DNA of 64,000 bases from a virus (Duplodnaviria; Heunggongvirae; Uroviricota; Caudoviricetes). The position numbers were made by a program, and so were the translations under genes. Numbering within the stretch: position 1 is the first letter of the stretch; each line of letters begins with the position of its first letter. This document shows positions 20,864 through 31,551 of the stretch, piece after piece. Where the stretch lies: positions 110,664-174,663 of IMG/VR virus record IMGVR_UViG_3300012347_000217. One strand, given 5' to 3'. The notes below the pieces were generated by a model. That model ran no database searches, was not told the DNA's origin, and saw only the letters and a program-made list of their open reading frames with translations.

Positions 20864-23800
20864 ATGGCAAGACGAGTTATATTAGAGAATAGTACCAACC
20901 CAAACTATTCTTTCAACCCAGAAACAAAGACACTTATCCTTCCGCACTACTATCCTGCGGAAAGATTAGTGTTGATTACCAATATTACAGCAGGCAATAA
21001 GGTAATCTACAATTTCTCGGACACTGTACTCACAGCAACGATTAGTCCAGGTGTACCTACATCAACACAAACAACTGTCGTATTCGCATACAACACAGGT
21101 TCTATGTCTTCGACAGACAAGTTGTCTATTCTTGTTGATGAAGTCAATGAGTACATCACACCAGCAGAGACACAACTCGATCCAGTTGGTAAGATGCGTA
21201 TGTCAACACCACAATCATTGATTGATACCGACTTCGAATACGGATTGCAACCAACAAAGTGGGAAACAGTTAACTTCCAATCTAACCGTCCAACATACTA
21301 CTCAAACTTGCAGCAACCTCTTGTAATCACAGACATGACTACAACATCAGGTTCTAAGGATGCAACGATTACCTTCACTCAAGGTACGCTAACTGGTACT
21401 ATGTCGAACTCAGGTTCAACAATAACAGGTTCCGGTACAAACTTTACTGGTCAACTTATTCCAGGTTATGCACTTTACAGCTCAGGAAACGTATTCGTTG
21501 GTATCGTGTCTACGATTGCAAACACAACATCTTTGCAGTTGCAAGCTACTTCGAACGTATTACTATCAGGCGCAACCGTAAACTTTGCACCAACACAAAT
21601 TCCAGAAGCAGGAACACCAATTCAGGTGCAAGATTCTTACAATGATAACTTCAATGGTTTATTCATTGCAAACTCTAGAGCAGGTGCTAACGTAGTATTC
21701 TCTGGTGAATCTGCTGCTACTACAACAGAATCAATCTTCAACAACATTATTACACAAGCTTTCTCTGGTGGTTTCTATACTGGTGCTGCATATTCAATCA
21801 GTTCAATCACAAACTCAGGAACATTGTTAACATTCACAACAAACGAACCACACGGTCTGAATATTGGTTCAGATGTTTACTGTTACGGTCTAACTGCATC
21901 GACTAACGCACCAAACGGAAACTGGATGGTCGTTACTGTTCCAACTGCAACAACATTTAAAGTTCGTGTCACTAACGCACCAACAGGTTCTATTGCTGTT
22001 GGTACAGGTGGTGGTGTATATGCAAGACCTTATGGTATTCCAGCACACCGTTCATATGATGGTGGTACATCAATCACATCAGGTACAGGTTCTCAAGGCA
22101 ACGCAATCGTTCGACAGACTCGTCGTTACTTCCGTTACCAATCTGGTAAGGGTATTCAATGGTCTACAGGTACAATTCTGCGTCCAAACATCATCGTTGA
22201 CCAAATCACATCATCAGGAACAACAGTAACTGTGTACACGAAAGTGGCACACAACTTGTTCCCTGGAGTTGCTGTGTCTATCTCTGGTGCAAACGAAACC
22301 GCATATAACGGTAACTTCACAGTTGTAGATACACCAACAAACTACACATTCACATACACAGCATTGGGTGTTCCTTCTGCATCACCAGCATCCGGTGATA
22401 CAAACTTGTCAGTGACTAACTGGTATGGTGCAACAGCACGTATCGGTATGTTTACACAGACAAACGGTATGTTCTTCGAATATGATGGTCAAACTCTATG
22501 GGCAGTACGTAGAAATTCTACACGCCAGCTATCAGGTTTCGTCAACGTAACAAACGGTTCATCTACTGTATCAGGTGCAACAGTGAACGGTGTTTCTACA
22601 TTGTTCGCAAAACAATTGACACCAGGACAATTCATCGCTATTCGTGGTAGCTGCTACCGTGTTATGTCTATTGCAAGTGACACATCATTGCAAATTTCTC
22701 CACCATATCGTGGTGTGACATTGGCTGGTAAGAACACTGCGATTATCTCTGAAATCAATGATGTAAGAGTTGCACAGACAGCGTGGAACTTAGACAGAAT
22801 GGACGGAACAGGTCCTTCAGGCTACAACATCGACTTGGCTAAGATTCAGATGTTCTATATGGACTACTCATGGTACGGTGCTGGTGCTATTCGTTTTGGT
22901 TTCAAAGACCAACACGGACAAATCTTGTACGCACATAGATTCATCCATAACAACATCCAAACAGAAGCATACTTGCGTTCTGGTAACTTACCAGCACGTT
23001 ACGAAGTTAACACATATGTTCCAGAAACATTGTTGACTGCTACCGACTCTGGTACAGATACAATTTCTGTTGCAAACACTGCAAACTTCCCAGCAGCAGG
23101 CTCATTGTTGATTCGTGACCCAGCTGGTTATGAGTATGTAAACTATACTAGCAAGACAGCTTCTACCTTCACAGGCTTGACACGTGGTCTTGCAGGTAAT
23201 ACAGCGTTGACTTCTTGTGTAACAACAAGCGGTTCGACAACTGTGACAACAACATCATCTATTGTTGGTCTACAAGTTGGACAACGTGTTACTGGTGCAG
23301 GCGTACCAACAGGTGCATTCATTGTACAGTTGACAGCAGGTTCACCAAACAACATCCGTCTAAGCCGTGCTGCTACTGCTTCGGCAACTGTGACATTGGC
23401 GTTTGATCCTATGGGAACAACAACAGCTTCACACACCTATTCTGCGACAGCACCTATTGCAGTTGCTCTAGCTGCTCCACAGTTTGTACCAGCTATTGCT
23501 CACTGGGGTTCTTCTGTTATTATGGATGGTCGTTACGATGATGACAAATCATTCGTGTTCTCGACACCATCAACAGCTTCTATTTCAGTTGCCGCAGGTG
23601 TAACCAACGCTGTTATCTCGTTACGTTTGGCTCCATCTGTTGACTCTGGTATTCCAGGTGTCTTGGGCCAACGTGAAGTTATCAACACTATGCAGTTGAC
23701 ACTCCGCCAGTTGGACATTTTGACTAACGGTATCTTCTTGGTCAAACTGGTACTGAATGGTACAGTCGATGCAGGTGATACATGGCAATCAGCAGGTGCA

Positions 23801-24097
23801 CCTTCTCTTGCACAAGTTTGCTATCACACAGCAGGTAAGAGCGTCAGAGGTGGAGACTTGATTTACGCCTTCTTCGTTAACAACGATGGTGGTGGTACAA
23901 TCTACTCTGCTACACAGCAAGATTTGAACTTGGTTCGTGACTTGGGTAACTCTGTAAACGGTGGCGGTACAACACTAGCTGCTGGCCAACAAGTATTCCC
24001 AGACGGTCCAGACGTTGTTACAATTGTAGTTACAAGTTTGAACACAAACGCACGTAACTTGCAATCTCGTATCTCTTGGACAGAAGCTCAAGCGTAA
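20864..24097 (+). CDS. Virion structural / tail-associated protein
   Basis: 1077 aa. MARRVIL...YSFNP...LVLITNIT...VIYNFSD, KMRMSTPQSLIDTDFEYGLQPTKWE and RQTRRYFRYQSGKG motifs are seen in virion proteins of T4-like aquatic phages. Confidence 0.7.
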   Translation: MARRVILENSTNPNYSFNPETKTLILPHYYPAERLVLITNITAGNKVIYNFSDTVLTATISPGVPTSTQTTVVFAYNTGSMSSTDKLSILVDEVNEYITPAETQLDPVGKMRMSTPQSLIDTDFEYGLQPTKWETVNFQSNRPTYYSNLQQPLVITDMTTTSGSKDATITFTQGTLTGTMSNSGSTITGSGTNFTGQLIPGYALYSSGNVFVGIVSTIANTTSLQLQATSNVLLSGATVNFAPTQIPEAGTPIQVQDSYNDNFNGLFIANSRAGANVVFSGESAATTTESIFNNIITQAFSGGFYTGAAYSISSITNSGTLLTFTTNEPHGLNIGSDVYCYGLTASTNAPNGNWMVVTVPTATTFKVRVTNAPTGSIAVGTGGGVYARPYGIPAHRSYDGGTSITSGTGSQGNAIVRQTRRYFRYQSGKGIQWSTGTILRPNIIVDQITSSGTTVTVYTKVAHNLFPGVAVSISGANETAYNGNFTVVDTPTNYTFTYTALGVPSASPASGDTNLSVTNWYGATARIGMFTQTNGMFFEYDGQTLWAVRRNSTRQLSGFVNVTNGSSTVSGATVNGVSTLFAKQLTPGQFIAIRGSCYRVMSIASDTSLQISPPYRGVTLAGKNTAIISEINDVRVAQTAWNLDRMDGTGPSGYNIDLAKIQMFYMDYSWYGAGAIRFGFKDQHGQILYAHRFIHNNIQTEAYLRSGNLPARYEVNTYVPETLLTATDSGTDTISVANTANFPAAGSLLIRDPAGYEYVNYTSKTASTFTGLTRGLAGNTALTSCVTTSGSTTVTTTSSIVGLQVGQRVTGAGVPTGAFIVQLTAGSPNNIRLSRAATASATVTLAFDPMGTTTASHTYSATAPIAVALAAPQFVPAIAHWGSSVIMDGRYDDDKSFVFSTPSTASISVAAGVTNAVISLRLAPSVDSGIPGVLGQREVINTMQLTLRQLDILTNGIFLVKLVLNGTVDAGDTWQSAGAPSLAQVCYHTAGKSVRGGDLIYAFFVNNDGGGTIYSATQQDLNLVRDLGNSVNGGGTTLAAGQQVFPDGPDVVTIVVTSLNTNARNLQSRISWTEAQA

Positions 24098-24564
24098 TGA
24101 TTAATGCACCTGTATTAGATTCACTAACGATTGGATCACCCACAACAAATGTGGGTGGTTTTAATCTGTTCGGTGATGGAACGGTATCTCACAATTTGAT
24201 AATTGGGGATGAATTGGTCATGGACCATGCATTCTCAATTACTTCAAAAACAGCAATTTCTGAATCAGCTAATACAATATCTATTGACATGTTTGCTACA
24301 ACGCAATACCGTTATGCACAGTACAATGTGCAAGTTACTGGTGATAATAGATATCATGCGACAACTGTATACGTTCTACAGGACGAAAATGATGTATATG
24401 TGACCGAACAAGGTACATTGTATAATAGAAACCTTGGCTCATTCTCTGCAAATTTAGACACAAGTAAAATGTATGCGGAGACTAACGTTGTTAATTTGTT
24501 GTTCACTCCTAATACAAGTGAGAAGCTAAATATAAGAGTATCCAGAACAGCATTCTTCAAATAA
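24097..24564 (+). CDS. Small tail-fibre-associated domain protein
   Basis: The ATG at 24097 overlaps the upstream TAA (TAATG). DMFATTQYRYAQYNVQV...YHATTVYVLQD...YVTEQG resembles a recurrent fibre domain. Confidence 0.55.
   Translation: MINAPVLDSLTIGSPTTNVGGFNLFGDGTVSHNLIIGDELVMDHAFSITSKTAISESANTISIDMFATTQYRYAQYNVQVTGDNRYHATTVYVLQDENDVYVTEQGTLYNRNLGSFSANLDTSKMYAETNVVNLLFTPNTSEKLNIRVSRTAFFK
24525..24532 (+). promoter_or_regulatory. Possible late promoter (GCTAAATA)
   Basis: CTAAATA variant about 60 nt upstream of the collagen-fibre start. Confidence 0.35.
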
Positions 24565-24590
24565 CAATAATAACTAAGGGGAAGTGAACC

Positions 24591-27500
24591 TTGGCTTCAG
24601 CAAATACATTCGTAGTAAAGAACGGCCTTACCGTAGGCACAACCAACGTCATCGCAGCTAATGGCGTCTGGATCGGATCAACACTCGGCTTAACTGGTAC
24701 ACAAGGTCCTACTGGACCTACAGGTCCTGCCGGCGCAACAGGCCCACAAGGTCCCACAGGTCCAGCCGGTGCTACAGGTCCTGCCGGCGCAACAGGTCCC
24801 GCTGGCGCAACTGGTCCAACTGGTCCCGCCGGTGCTACAGGTCCTGCCGGTGCTACAGGTCCTACAGGTCCAGCTGGAGCTACTGGTGCTACAGGTCCCA
24901 CAGGTCCTGCCGGTGCTACTGGTCCTGCCGGCGCAACAGGTCCCGCTGGCGCAACTGGTCCAACAGGTCCAGGAGCAATCGTCACATCGACAACATCAGC
25001 TACTCCTGCATCCTCAGGAACAATTACACTCACAGTCAACACGACTAACCATTCATTTGCAACTGGTAACCGTGTAAGAGCAGTTAATACTACATCGAAC
25101 TATTTCGAAGGTATCGTCACAATCACTGGTACATCATTTGCTATTGAAGCAGATTTTAGTGCAGGCTCATCAACAGCAACATCTTGGACAGTTACGGTAG
25201 CTGGTGCAAGGGGTGCAACAGGACCTTCAGGTCCTACAGGCCCAACTGGTGCTACAGGCCCAACTGGTCCACAAGGTGTATCTGGACCAACCGGCCCAAC
25301 TGGTGCTACAGGTTCTACAGGACCTACAGGCCCAACTGGAGCCACAGGTTCTACAGGCCCAACAGGCCCTACTGGTGCAACAGGCTCAACCGGCCCTACA
25401 GGTCCTGCCGGTGCAACAGGCTCAACAGGCCCTACTGGCCCAACTGGAGCTACGGGTGCCACAGGACCTACTGGTCCTACTGGTGCAACAGGCTCAACCG
25501 GCCCTACTGGCCCAACTGGAGCTACGGGTGCCACAGGACCTACTGGTCCTACTGGTGCAACAGGCTCAACCGGCCCTACTGGCCCAACTGGAGCTACGGG
25601 TGCCACAGGACCTACTGGTCCTACTGGTGCAACAGGAGCCACAGGCCCAACTGGCCCACAAGGACCAACTGGTCCTACTGGTGCAACAGGACCAACAGGT
25701 GCAACTGGACCTACTGGCCCATCATTCATTGCTACTTCGACAACACTCGTAACACCAGCATCAACTGGAACAATTACACTCACAGCAACATCTTCTAACC
25801 ATGCTTTTGCAACTGGTGACCGTGTACGTGCAATCAACACGACTTCAAATTACTTCGAAGGTATTGTAACTATTACTGGTGGCACATCATTTGCCATCGC
25901 AGCAGACTTCAACGTTGGTTCATCAGCGGCATCTTCTTGGACAATCTCATTAGCTGGCGAAAGAGGTTCTACAGGCCCTTCAGGCCCTTCAGGTCCTCTT
26001 GGACCACCAGCACCACAAGGAGCTACGGGTGCCACAGGCCCTACTGGCCCATCAGGACCAACCGGTGCCACAGGTCCTACAGGTCCTGCCGGTCCAGTTG
26101 CAGGTGACGCCAATCAAGTAATCTATAGAAACTCGTCAAACGTTGCAACAGGTAGTGCAAGTTTAACCTTTGATGGAACAATAATTTCTGCGCCACAGTT
26201 GACACTATCCAATTCGCAAGGTGATGAAGGTGGTGAATTATTGTTGGCTAAGCCACAAACAAACTCAAACATTGCAGGCACTGGTGTAACCATCGACGTT
26301 TACCAGAATAAGTTGAGAATTTTTGAACAAGGTGGTGGTGCTCGTGGTGCATATATTGATTTGACTGCCACAACTGCTGGTGTAGGATCAAACTTATTAT
26401 CTGGTGGTGCAACAGGTGCCACAGGCCCAACAGGTCCTGCAGGTGCCACAGGCCCAACAGGTCCAACCGGCGCAACAGGTCCTGCAGGTGCTACAGGCCC
26501 AACAGGTGCTACAGGACCAACCGGCCCAACAGGTGCTACTGGTCCTGCAGGTGCAACTGGCCCAACCGGTCCATCAGGACCAACTGGTCCACTGAAATAT
26601 GCTACCTCTACCACAACAAACACACCAAATAATGGACCATTCAGCTTCACAGTAGCTTCGGCTGACCACGGTTTCGTTGTGGGTGACCGTGTAAGAGTAT
26701 ACAACGTTTCAAACAATTACCTTGAAGGTACTATTTCAGGCTTCGCCGGTAGCGGAACAATATTCTCAATCAATTCCGACTTTTTCGTTGGTTCAACATC
26801 TGCATCATCTTGGATAATCACTTCAGTTGGTTCATTGGGTTCAACAGGTCCAACAGGTCCATCAGGTCCAAGAGGTCCAACAGGTCCAACAGGTCCTAGT
26901 GGTCCAACAGGCCCAACGGGTCCTAGTGGTCCAACAGGTCCTAGTGGTCCAAGAGGTTCTACTGGCCCAACAGGGCCACAAGCTTATGCAACATCATCAA
27001 CAAATCAACAAGCCACTGTTGGTTCTGGATTAACATTAATAACAGACCAAACTTTCCACAGTTTTAGTATAGGAAGTAGAGTACGTGCAATCAACACGAC
27101 TTCGAATTACTTCGAAGGTAATATAACAAGTATATATGGTACTCCTAGCTATTTTGACATATTACCAGATGTGGTAGTCGGTGGATCATTCGCATCATCT
27201 TGGACAATAACTTTAGCTGGTATAGCAGGTGCATCAGGTCCAACAGGTCCAGCTGGTACAGGTGCTACAGGCCCAACGGGACCACAAGGTGTATCTGGAC
27301 CAACAGGCCCACAAGGTGTATCTGGACCAACAGGCCCATCAGGTGGTATTCTCATCAACATGAACGATAATGAACTGGTAACTCCAGTCATTAAAGATTA
27401 TGCAATGAAGGTTAATGCCAGGGGTTCAATTACTGGTGCACAAACACTCGACATGACTTTGGGTAACTATATAACTGCAACAGCAACAGGTGCAATTACA

Positions 27501-27722
27501 TGGACATTCTCAAACCCACCCGCTACAGGTAATGCTGGAGGCTTTGTTCTTGTTCTGACTAACGGTGGTATTGGTACACAAACATGGCCAGCCGGTGTAG
27601 TTAAGTGGCCAGCAGCTACTGCGCCAACACTACAAGCCTCAGGTGTTGACGTATTGACATTCATAACAAATGATGCAGGAACTACATGGCGTGGTGTGTT
27701 ATCAATGGGTGCAAGCTCGTAA
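24591..27722 (+). CDS. Collagen-like tail fibre (Gly-X-Thr repeats) with four interspersed ~75-aa beta-rich domains
   Basis: TTG start after AAGGGG. N-terminus [14 protein letters not shown]; long GPT/GAT/GST runs; C-terminal TLDMTLGNY...TWTFSNPP...TWP..VKWP...VDVLTFIT tip domain. Confidence 0.85.
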   Translation: MASANTFVVKNGLTVGTTNVIAANGVWIGSTLGLTGTQGPTGPTGPAGATGPQGPTGPAGATGPAGATGPAGATGPTGPAGATGPAGATGPTGPAGATGATGPTGPAGATGPAGATGPAGATGPTGPGAIVTSTTSATPASSGTITLTVNTTNHSFATGNRVRAVNTTSNYFEGIVTITGTSFAIEADFSAGSSTATSWTVTVAGARGATGPSGPTGPTGATGPTGPQGVSGPTGPTGATGSTGPTGPTGATGSTGPTGPTGATGSTGPTGPAGATGSTGPTGPTGATGATGPTGPTGATGSTGPTGPTGATGATGPTGPTGATGSTGPTGPTGATGATGPTGPTGATGATGPTGPQGPTGPTGATGPTGATGPTGPSFIATSTTLVTPASTGTITLTATSSNHAFATGDRVRAINTTSNYFEGIVTITGGTSFAIAADFNVGSSAASSWTISLAGERGSTGPSGPSGPLGPPAPQGATGATGPTGPSGPTGATGPTGPAGPVAGDANQVIYRNSSNVATGSASLTFDGTIISAPQLTLSNSQGDEGGELLLAKPQTNSNIAGTGVTIDVYQNKLRIFEQGGGARGAYIDLTATTAGVGSNLLSGGATGATGPTGPAGATGPTGPTGATGPAGATGPTGATGPTGPTGATGPAGATGPTGPSGPTGPLKYATSTTTNTPNNGPFSFTVASADHGFVVGDRVRVYNVSNNYLEGTISGFAGSGTIFSINSDFFVGSTSASSWIITSVGSLGSTGPTGPSGPRGPTGPTGPSGPTGPTGPSGPTGPSGPRGSTGPTGPQAYATSSTNQQATVGSGLTLITDQTFHSFSIGSRVRAINTTSNYFEGNITSIYGTPSYFDILPDVVVGGSFASSWTITLAGIAGASGPTGPAGTGATGPTGPQGVSGPTGPQGVSGPTGPSGGILINMNDNELVTPVIKDYAMKVNARGSITGAQTLDMTLGNYITATATGAITWTFSNPPATGNAGGFVLVLTNGGIGTQTWPAGVVKWPAATAPTLQASGVDVLTFITNDAGTTWRGVLSMGASS
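25428..25636 (+). repeat. Perfect 72-nt tandem repeat (~2.9 copies) within the collagen region
   Basis: caactggagctacgggtgccacaggacc starts at 25441, 25513 and 25585, with identical synonymous sites. Confidence 0.9.
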
Positions 27723-27731
27723 GGATTAAAA

Positions 27732-28223
27732 ATGGAAATTAAAAAATATGCATTAGTGGAAAACAATGCGGTGACAGAAACTCACGAAGTGTTACCACAT
27801 TGCTGGAGAAATATTTCAGGTCTTGACCTTTCCAAAGATAATATTGAATTTCTAAATAGTGTTGGATGGTACGAGATTGAAGCAAATACGCAATCACAAT
27901 TAGTCACAGGTGATAGCTATATCTCGGAATATACATACACCTTTTCCGACAATAAAGTTATTTCAACTCCGGTTATACAAACTATTACCAGAATCAGTGT
28001 AACCAAAGAAGATTTCATGGAAAGCCTGAGAAAAATGCGAGATTCTGAATTGAGTAGCACAGATTGGACACAAGCTGCGGATGTAATAGCAATTAAATCG
28101 GATGAATTCACACAAGCCTGGAAAAATTATAGACAACAATTAAGAGATATCACGCAACAATATGAAAATGTCGAATCATATGATGATTTGATTATTACAT
28201 TTCCTGATAAACCACAAGTTTAA
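27732..28223 (+). CDS. Tail fibre assembly chaperone
   Basis: C-terminal LRKMRDSELSSTDWTQAAD...WKNYRQQLRDIT...FPDKP motif typical of fibre assembly chaperones; directly follows the fibre gene. Confidence 0.75.
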   Translation: MEIKKYALVENNAVTETHEVLPHCWRNISGLDLSKDNIEFLNSVGWYEIEANTQSQLVTGDSYISEYTYTFSDNKVISTPVIQTITRISVTKEDFMESLRKMRDSELSSTDWTQAADVIAIKSDEFTQAWKNYRQQLRDITQQYENVESYDDLIITFPDKPQV

Positions 28224-28228
28224 TAAAA

Positions 28229-31200
28229 ATGATAGTAGAACAATTATTGGCTAAGGCGCAAGGTGGTAGCGCACCCTATGTACCCAATACGAATCTTCAT
28301 ATGTGGGGTGACGTTGTTAGTACAGGTATCAGTTACGACCAAGGCGCTTTTTTCAACCATGCAAGGCGAGTTGGCACATCTTCTTGGACAATGGTTTCTG
28401 TAGGTGCAACGTTTGGTGCAGCAATTCGTAACGATGGTAAACTGTTCACATGGGGCACAGGTTCTTCCGGTCAATTGGGTGACGGCACAGCATTCGCAAA
28501 TAAATCATCACCAGTTCAAATTGGCGCCTCATCATGGACAATGGTTAAATTAGGAGGAACACATGCAAGCGCAATTCGCTCCGATGGTAAACTATTTATG
28601 TGGGGTAACAACGATTATGGTCAATTAGGTGATAATGCTGCCGGCACGTTTTCAAGATCATCACCAGTACAGCTCGGCTCCTCATCATGGACAGCAATTT
28701 GCAACGGAGATGGAACATCTTATGCAATTCGCTCCGATGGTATGTTATTTGCATGGGGTAGGAACTATCATGGCCAATTAGGCAAAGGTGATAACTTGTT
28801 AGTCTCATCACCAGTGCAAATTGGCTCCTCATCATGGACAGCGATACATGCCGGAAGCACGCATGTAATAGCACTGAGATCCGATGGAAAATTATTCGCA
28901 TGGGGTAACAACGGTAATGGAGAATTAGGTGACCCAACTCTAGGCGCAAGGGCACATTCAACACCAACTGCACACCGTTATGCCGGATCACAATCATGGA
29001 TAGCAATTGCTGGTGGCGCAAGCTCGATGGTAGGAATTCGCTCCGATGGTAAGCTGTTCACATGGGGATACAATAATAACGCATCTTTGGGTATTGGTGA
29101 ATTTTCACAAAGATTGGAATATTCACCTATACAATTAGGCACTTCTAACTGGATTACATGTGCGGCTGGACCAGCATTTGCATTAGCAATTAGATCCGAT
29201 AATATTCTTTTTGGTTGGGGTTGGAATCTGGGTGGTGAATTAGGTTATGGAGATACAACATCAAAGTCATCGCCAGTGCAAATTGGCTCCTCATCATGGA
29301 CAGCAGTTGCCTGCGGTCTATCACATACAATGGCAATTCGTGCAGATGGAACATTGTTCGCATGGGGCGCAGGCACTTCCGGACAATTAGGTGATAGTAC
29401 GGTCACAAACAAATCATCACCAGTGCAAATTGGTTCTTCATCATGGGTAGCGATTGCCTGTGGAAATTTTTTCAGTTTAGCAATTCGTGCTACGGATCGT
29501 AAACTGTTCGCATGGGGCGCAGGCACCAACGGACAATTAGGTGATGGTACGATTGTAGGCAAATCATCACCAGTGCAAATTGGCTCCTCATCATGGACAG
29601 CGGTTGCCGGTGGAGGATCACATACAGTGGCAATTCGTCTTGGTGGAACATTGTTCGCATGGGGCGCAGGTACTTCTGGTGTTTTGGGTGATAACACAGC
29701 CGTACAGAAATCATCACCAGTGCAAATTGGCTCCTCATCATGGACAATGGTGCGGGCAACAAGTACACAGAATTCATATGCATTGCGCTCCGATGGTGCA
29801 CTGTTCGCATGGGGCGTTAATAGCTACTTTACGGTAGGTGATGCAACACTTACCACAAGATCCTCTCCAGTGCAAATAGCTGCGGGTACAGTATTTAACA
29901 ACATAGCAAACCTACAGTTTTCAACATATGCTCAAGGTGCATTCGTGAGTTCGAAGTATTATTCTTGGGGAAATGATAGGGCAGCCGGGGCTCTTCCACT
30001 AACTTTCCAAGGATATGATCCGGGATCAATGTCGCCAGTGCAAATTGGTTCTTCATCATGGGTAGCAGTTGGCGGAGGCTCTAACTTTAGTGCTGCAATT
30101 CGTGCTGGTGGAACATTGTTCACATGGGGATATAACGGTGTATCAGCACTGGGTGATGGTACGATTTTATCCAAATCGTCTCCAGTACAAATTGGTTCCT
30201 CTTCTTGGTCGGCTATTGGCAGTGGCGCACTTGGTGTAAATTTGTTGGCAAAAAGATCCGATAACGCATTATTCATAGCCGGTGTACAAGCATATAAACC
30301 AAAGGGTGGTCCACTCCTTGGACCAACACCATTCACACAAGTCAATACATTAGATCAAATTACTGCGCAATATGTTCCAGCGAATCTGGTATCTATGTCA
30401 CCTGGACCAACCAATGTCATGGCAGTAGGAGCAAATGGTGAATTGGCCGGTTGGGGAAACAACATACCACAAAATCCTTTACTTGGTGTTCCTTCCGAAT
30501 TGCTCACACCAACAAATGTGGATACCACAAACGTATGGAAACAAGTGGTTGTAAATATGACTGGCATAAACAATCAAAGCACAACTTCTGAAAAACCAAG
30601 ATTTATTCTTGGAATAAAATCTAATGGTACACTGTGGGGCTGGGGTGATAATGGTTCAGGTAATTTAGGCACTAATGACATCTCGCAAAAATTATCACCA
30701 GTGCAAATTGGCTCATCTTCTTGGACAATGGTTAGTGCGGGTCAAGCACATGCAGCAGCAATTCGTGCTGGTGGAACATTGTTCGCTTGGGGTTTAGGCA
30801 ATAACGGACAATTGGGTGACGGTACTTCCGCAAGCAAGTCATCACCAGTACAAATTGGTTCCTCATCATGGACAGCAGTTGCCTGCGGAGAAAATGGCAC
30901 ATATGCAATTCGTTCCGATGGTAAGCTATTTGCTTGGGGCTTAGGAACCGCTGGACGACTAGGTGATGGTACGGTCATAGCCAAGATATCACCGGTGCAA
31001 ATTGGTAACTCATCATGGACAGCAATTTCTGCTGCTCAACATGTACTGGCAATTCGTGCAGGTGGAACATTGTTCGCATGGGGCTTAGGAACCGGTGGAC
31101 AATTAGGTGATGGTACGATTGCATCCAAATCGTCTCCAGTACAAATTGGTTCCTCATCATGGACAGCAATTTCTACTTCAGTAAGTACCAGTGCAGCAAT

Positions 31201-31522
31201 TCGTTCCGATGGTAAGCTATTCACATGGGGTATGGGCACGCAAGGTGGTTTGGGTGATGGCACAGTCACGACCAAATCGTCTCCAGTACAAATTGGTTCA
31301 TCATCATGGACAATGGTTTCAATAGGCTATCTTGGTGGCTTGGCTAAGAGAGTAGACAACAAATTATTTGCCTGGGGCCTAAACGCCAACGGACAATTGG
31401 GTGACGGAACAAAAACAAACAAGTCGTCTCCAGTAGCAGTAACAATGGCCGCCGGACAAACAGCAAACACCATCGTTTTCCGTGGCATAGATATGCCGGT
31501 TGTCATGATTCCGCTGACATAA
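28229..31522 (+). CDS. RCC1/BLIP-II repeat protein (~21 blades, probably three 7-bladed beta-propellers); putative fibre-tip adhesin
   Basis: About 20 units of W-TA[VI]..G..H..AIRSDG.LFAWG....GQLGDGT...KSSPVQIGSSS, plus split N- and C-terminal half-blades. Confidence 0.85.
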   Translation: MIVEQLLAKAQGGSAPYVPNTNLHMWGDVVSTGISYDQGAFFNHARRVGTSSWTMVSVGATFGAAIRNDGKLFTWGTGSSGQLGDGTAFANKSSPVQIGASSWTMVKLGGTHASAIRSDGKLFMWGNNDYGQLGDNAAGTFSRSSPVQLGSSSWTAICNGDGTSYAIRSDGMLFAWGRNYHGQLGKGDNLLVSSPVQIGSSSWTAIHAGSTHVIALRSDGKLFAWGNNGNGELGDPTLGARAHSTPTAHRYAGSQSWIAIAGGASSMVGIRSDGKLFTWGYNNNASLGIGEFSQRLEYSPIQLGTSNWITCAAGPAFALAIRSDNILFGWGWNLGGELGYGDTTSKSSPVQIGSSSWTAVACGLSHTMAIRADGTLFAWGAGTSGQLGDSTVTNKSSPVQIGSSSWVAIACGNFFSLAIRATDRKLFAWGAGTNGQLGDGTIVGKSSPVQIGSSSWTAVAGGGSHTVAIRLGGTLFAWGAGTSGVLGDNTAVQKSSPVQIGSSSWTMVRATSTQNSYALRSDGALFAWGVNSYFTVGDATLTTRSSPVQIAAGTVFNNIANLQFSTYAQGAFVSSKYYSWGNDRAAGALPLTFQGYDPGSMSPVQIGSSSWVAVGGGSNFSAAIRAGGTLFTWGYNGVSALGDGTILSKSSPVQIGSSSWSAIGSGALGVNLLAKRSDNALFIAGVQAYKPKGGPLLGPTPFTQVNTLDQITAQYVPANLVSMSPGPTNVMAVGANGELAGWGNNIPQNPLLGVPSELLTPTNVDTTNVWKQVVVNMTGINNQSTTSEKPRFILGIKSNGTLWGWGDNGSGNLGTNDISQKLSPVQIGSSSWTMVSAGQAHAAAIRAGGTLFAWGLGNNGQLGDGTSASKSSPVQIGSSSWTAVACGENGTYAIRSDGKLFAWGLGTAGRLGDGTVIAKISPVQIGNSSWTAISAAQHVLAIRAGGTLFAWGLGTGGQLGDGTIASKSSPVQIGSSSWTAISTSVSTSAAIRSDGKLFTWGMGTQGGLGDGTVTTKSSPVQIGSSSWTMVSIGYLGGLAKRVDNKLFAWGLNANGQLGDGTKTNKSSPVAVTMAAGQTANTIVFRGIDMPVVMIPLT

Positions 31523-31525
31523 ATA
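31518..31525 (+). promoter_or_regulatory. Putative late promoter (CATAAATA) upstream of the modification-enzyme cassette
   Basis: Same octamer as at 14891, 34780 and 39580. It overlaps the RCC1 gene stop codon, so chance occurrence is possible. Confidence 0.5.
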
Positions 31526-31551
31526 AAATATATTATTATTATTGAGGTATT

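Noticed and set aside
24557-27391. Alternative-frame and antisense ORFs across the collagen gene (e.g. 25184..25798, 25204..25752, 25100..25840)
   Set aside because: They arise because Gly-X-Thr codon repeats lack stops in other frames; the translations are artefactual periodic strings.
28480-31330. Recurrent ~35-nt DNA motif at ~150-nt spacing that could look like a CRISPR array
   Set aside because: The repeats are degenerate, in frame within the RCC1 ORF, spaced by whole blades (~50 codons), and no cas genes are present.
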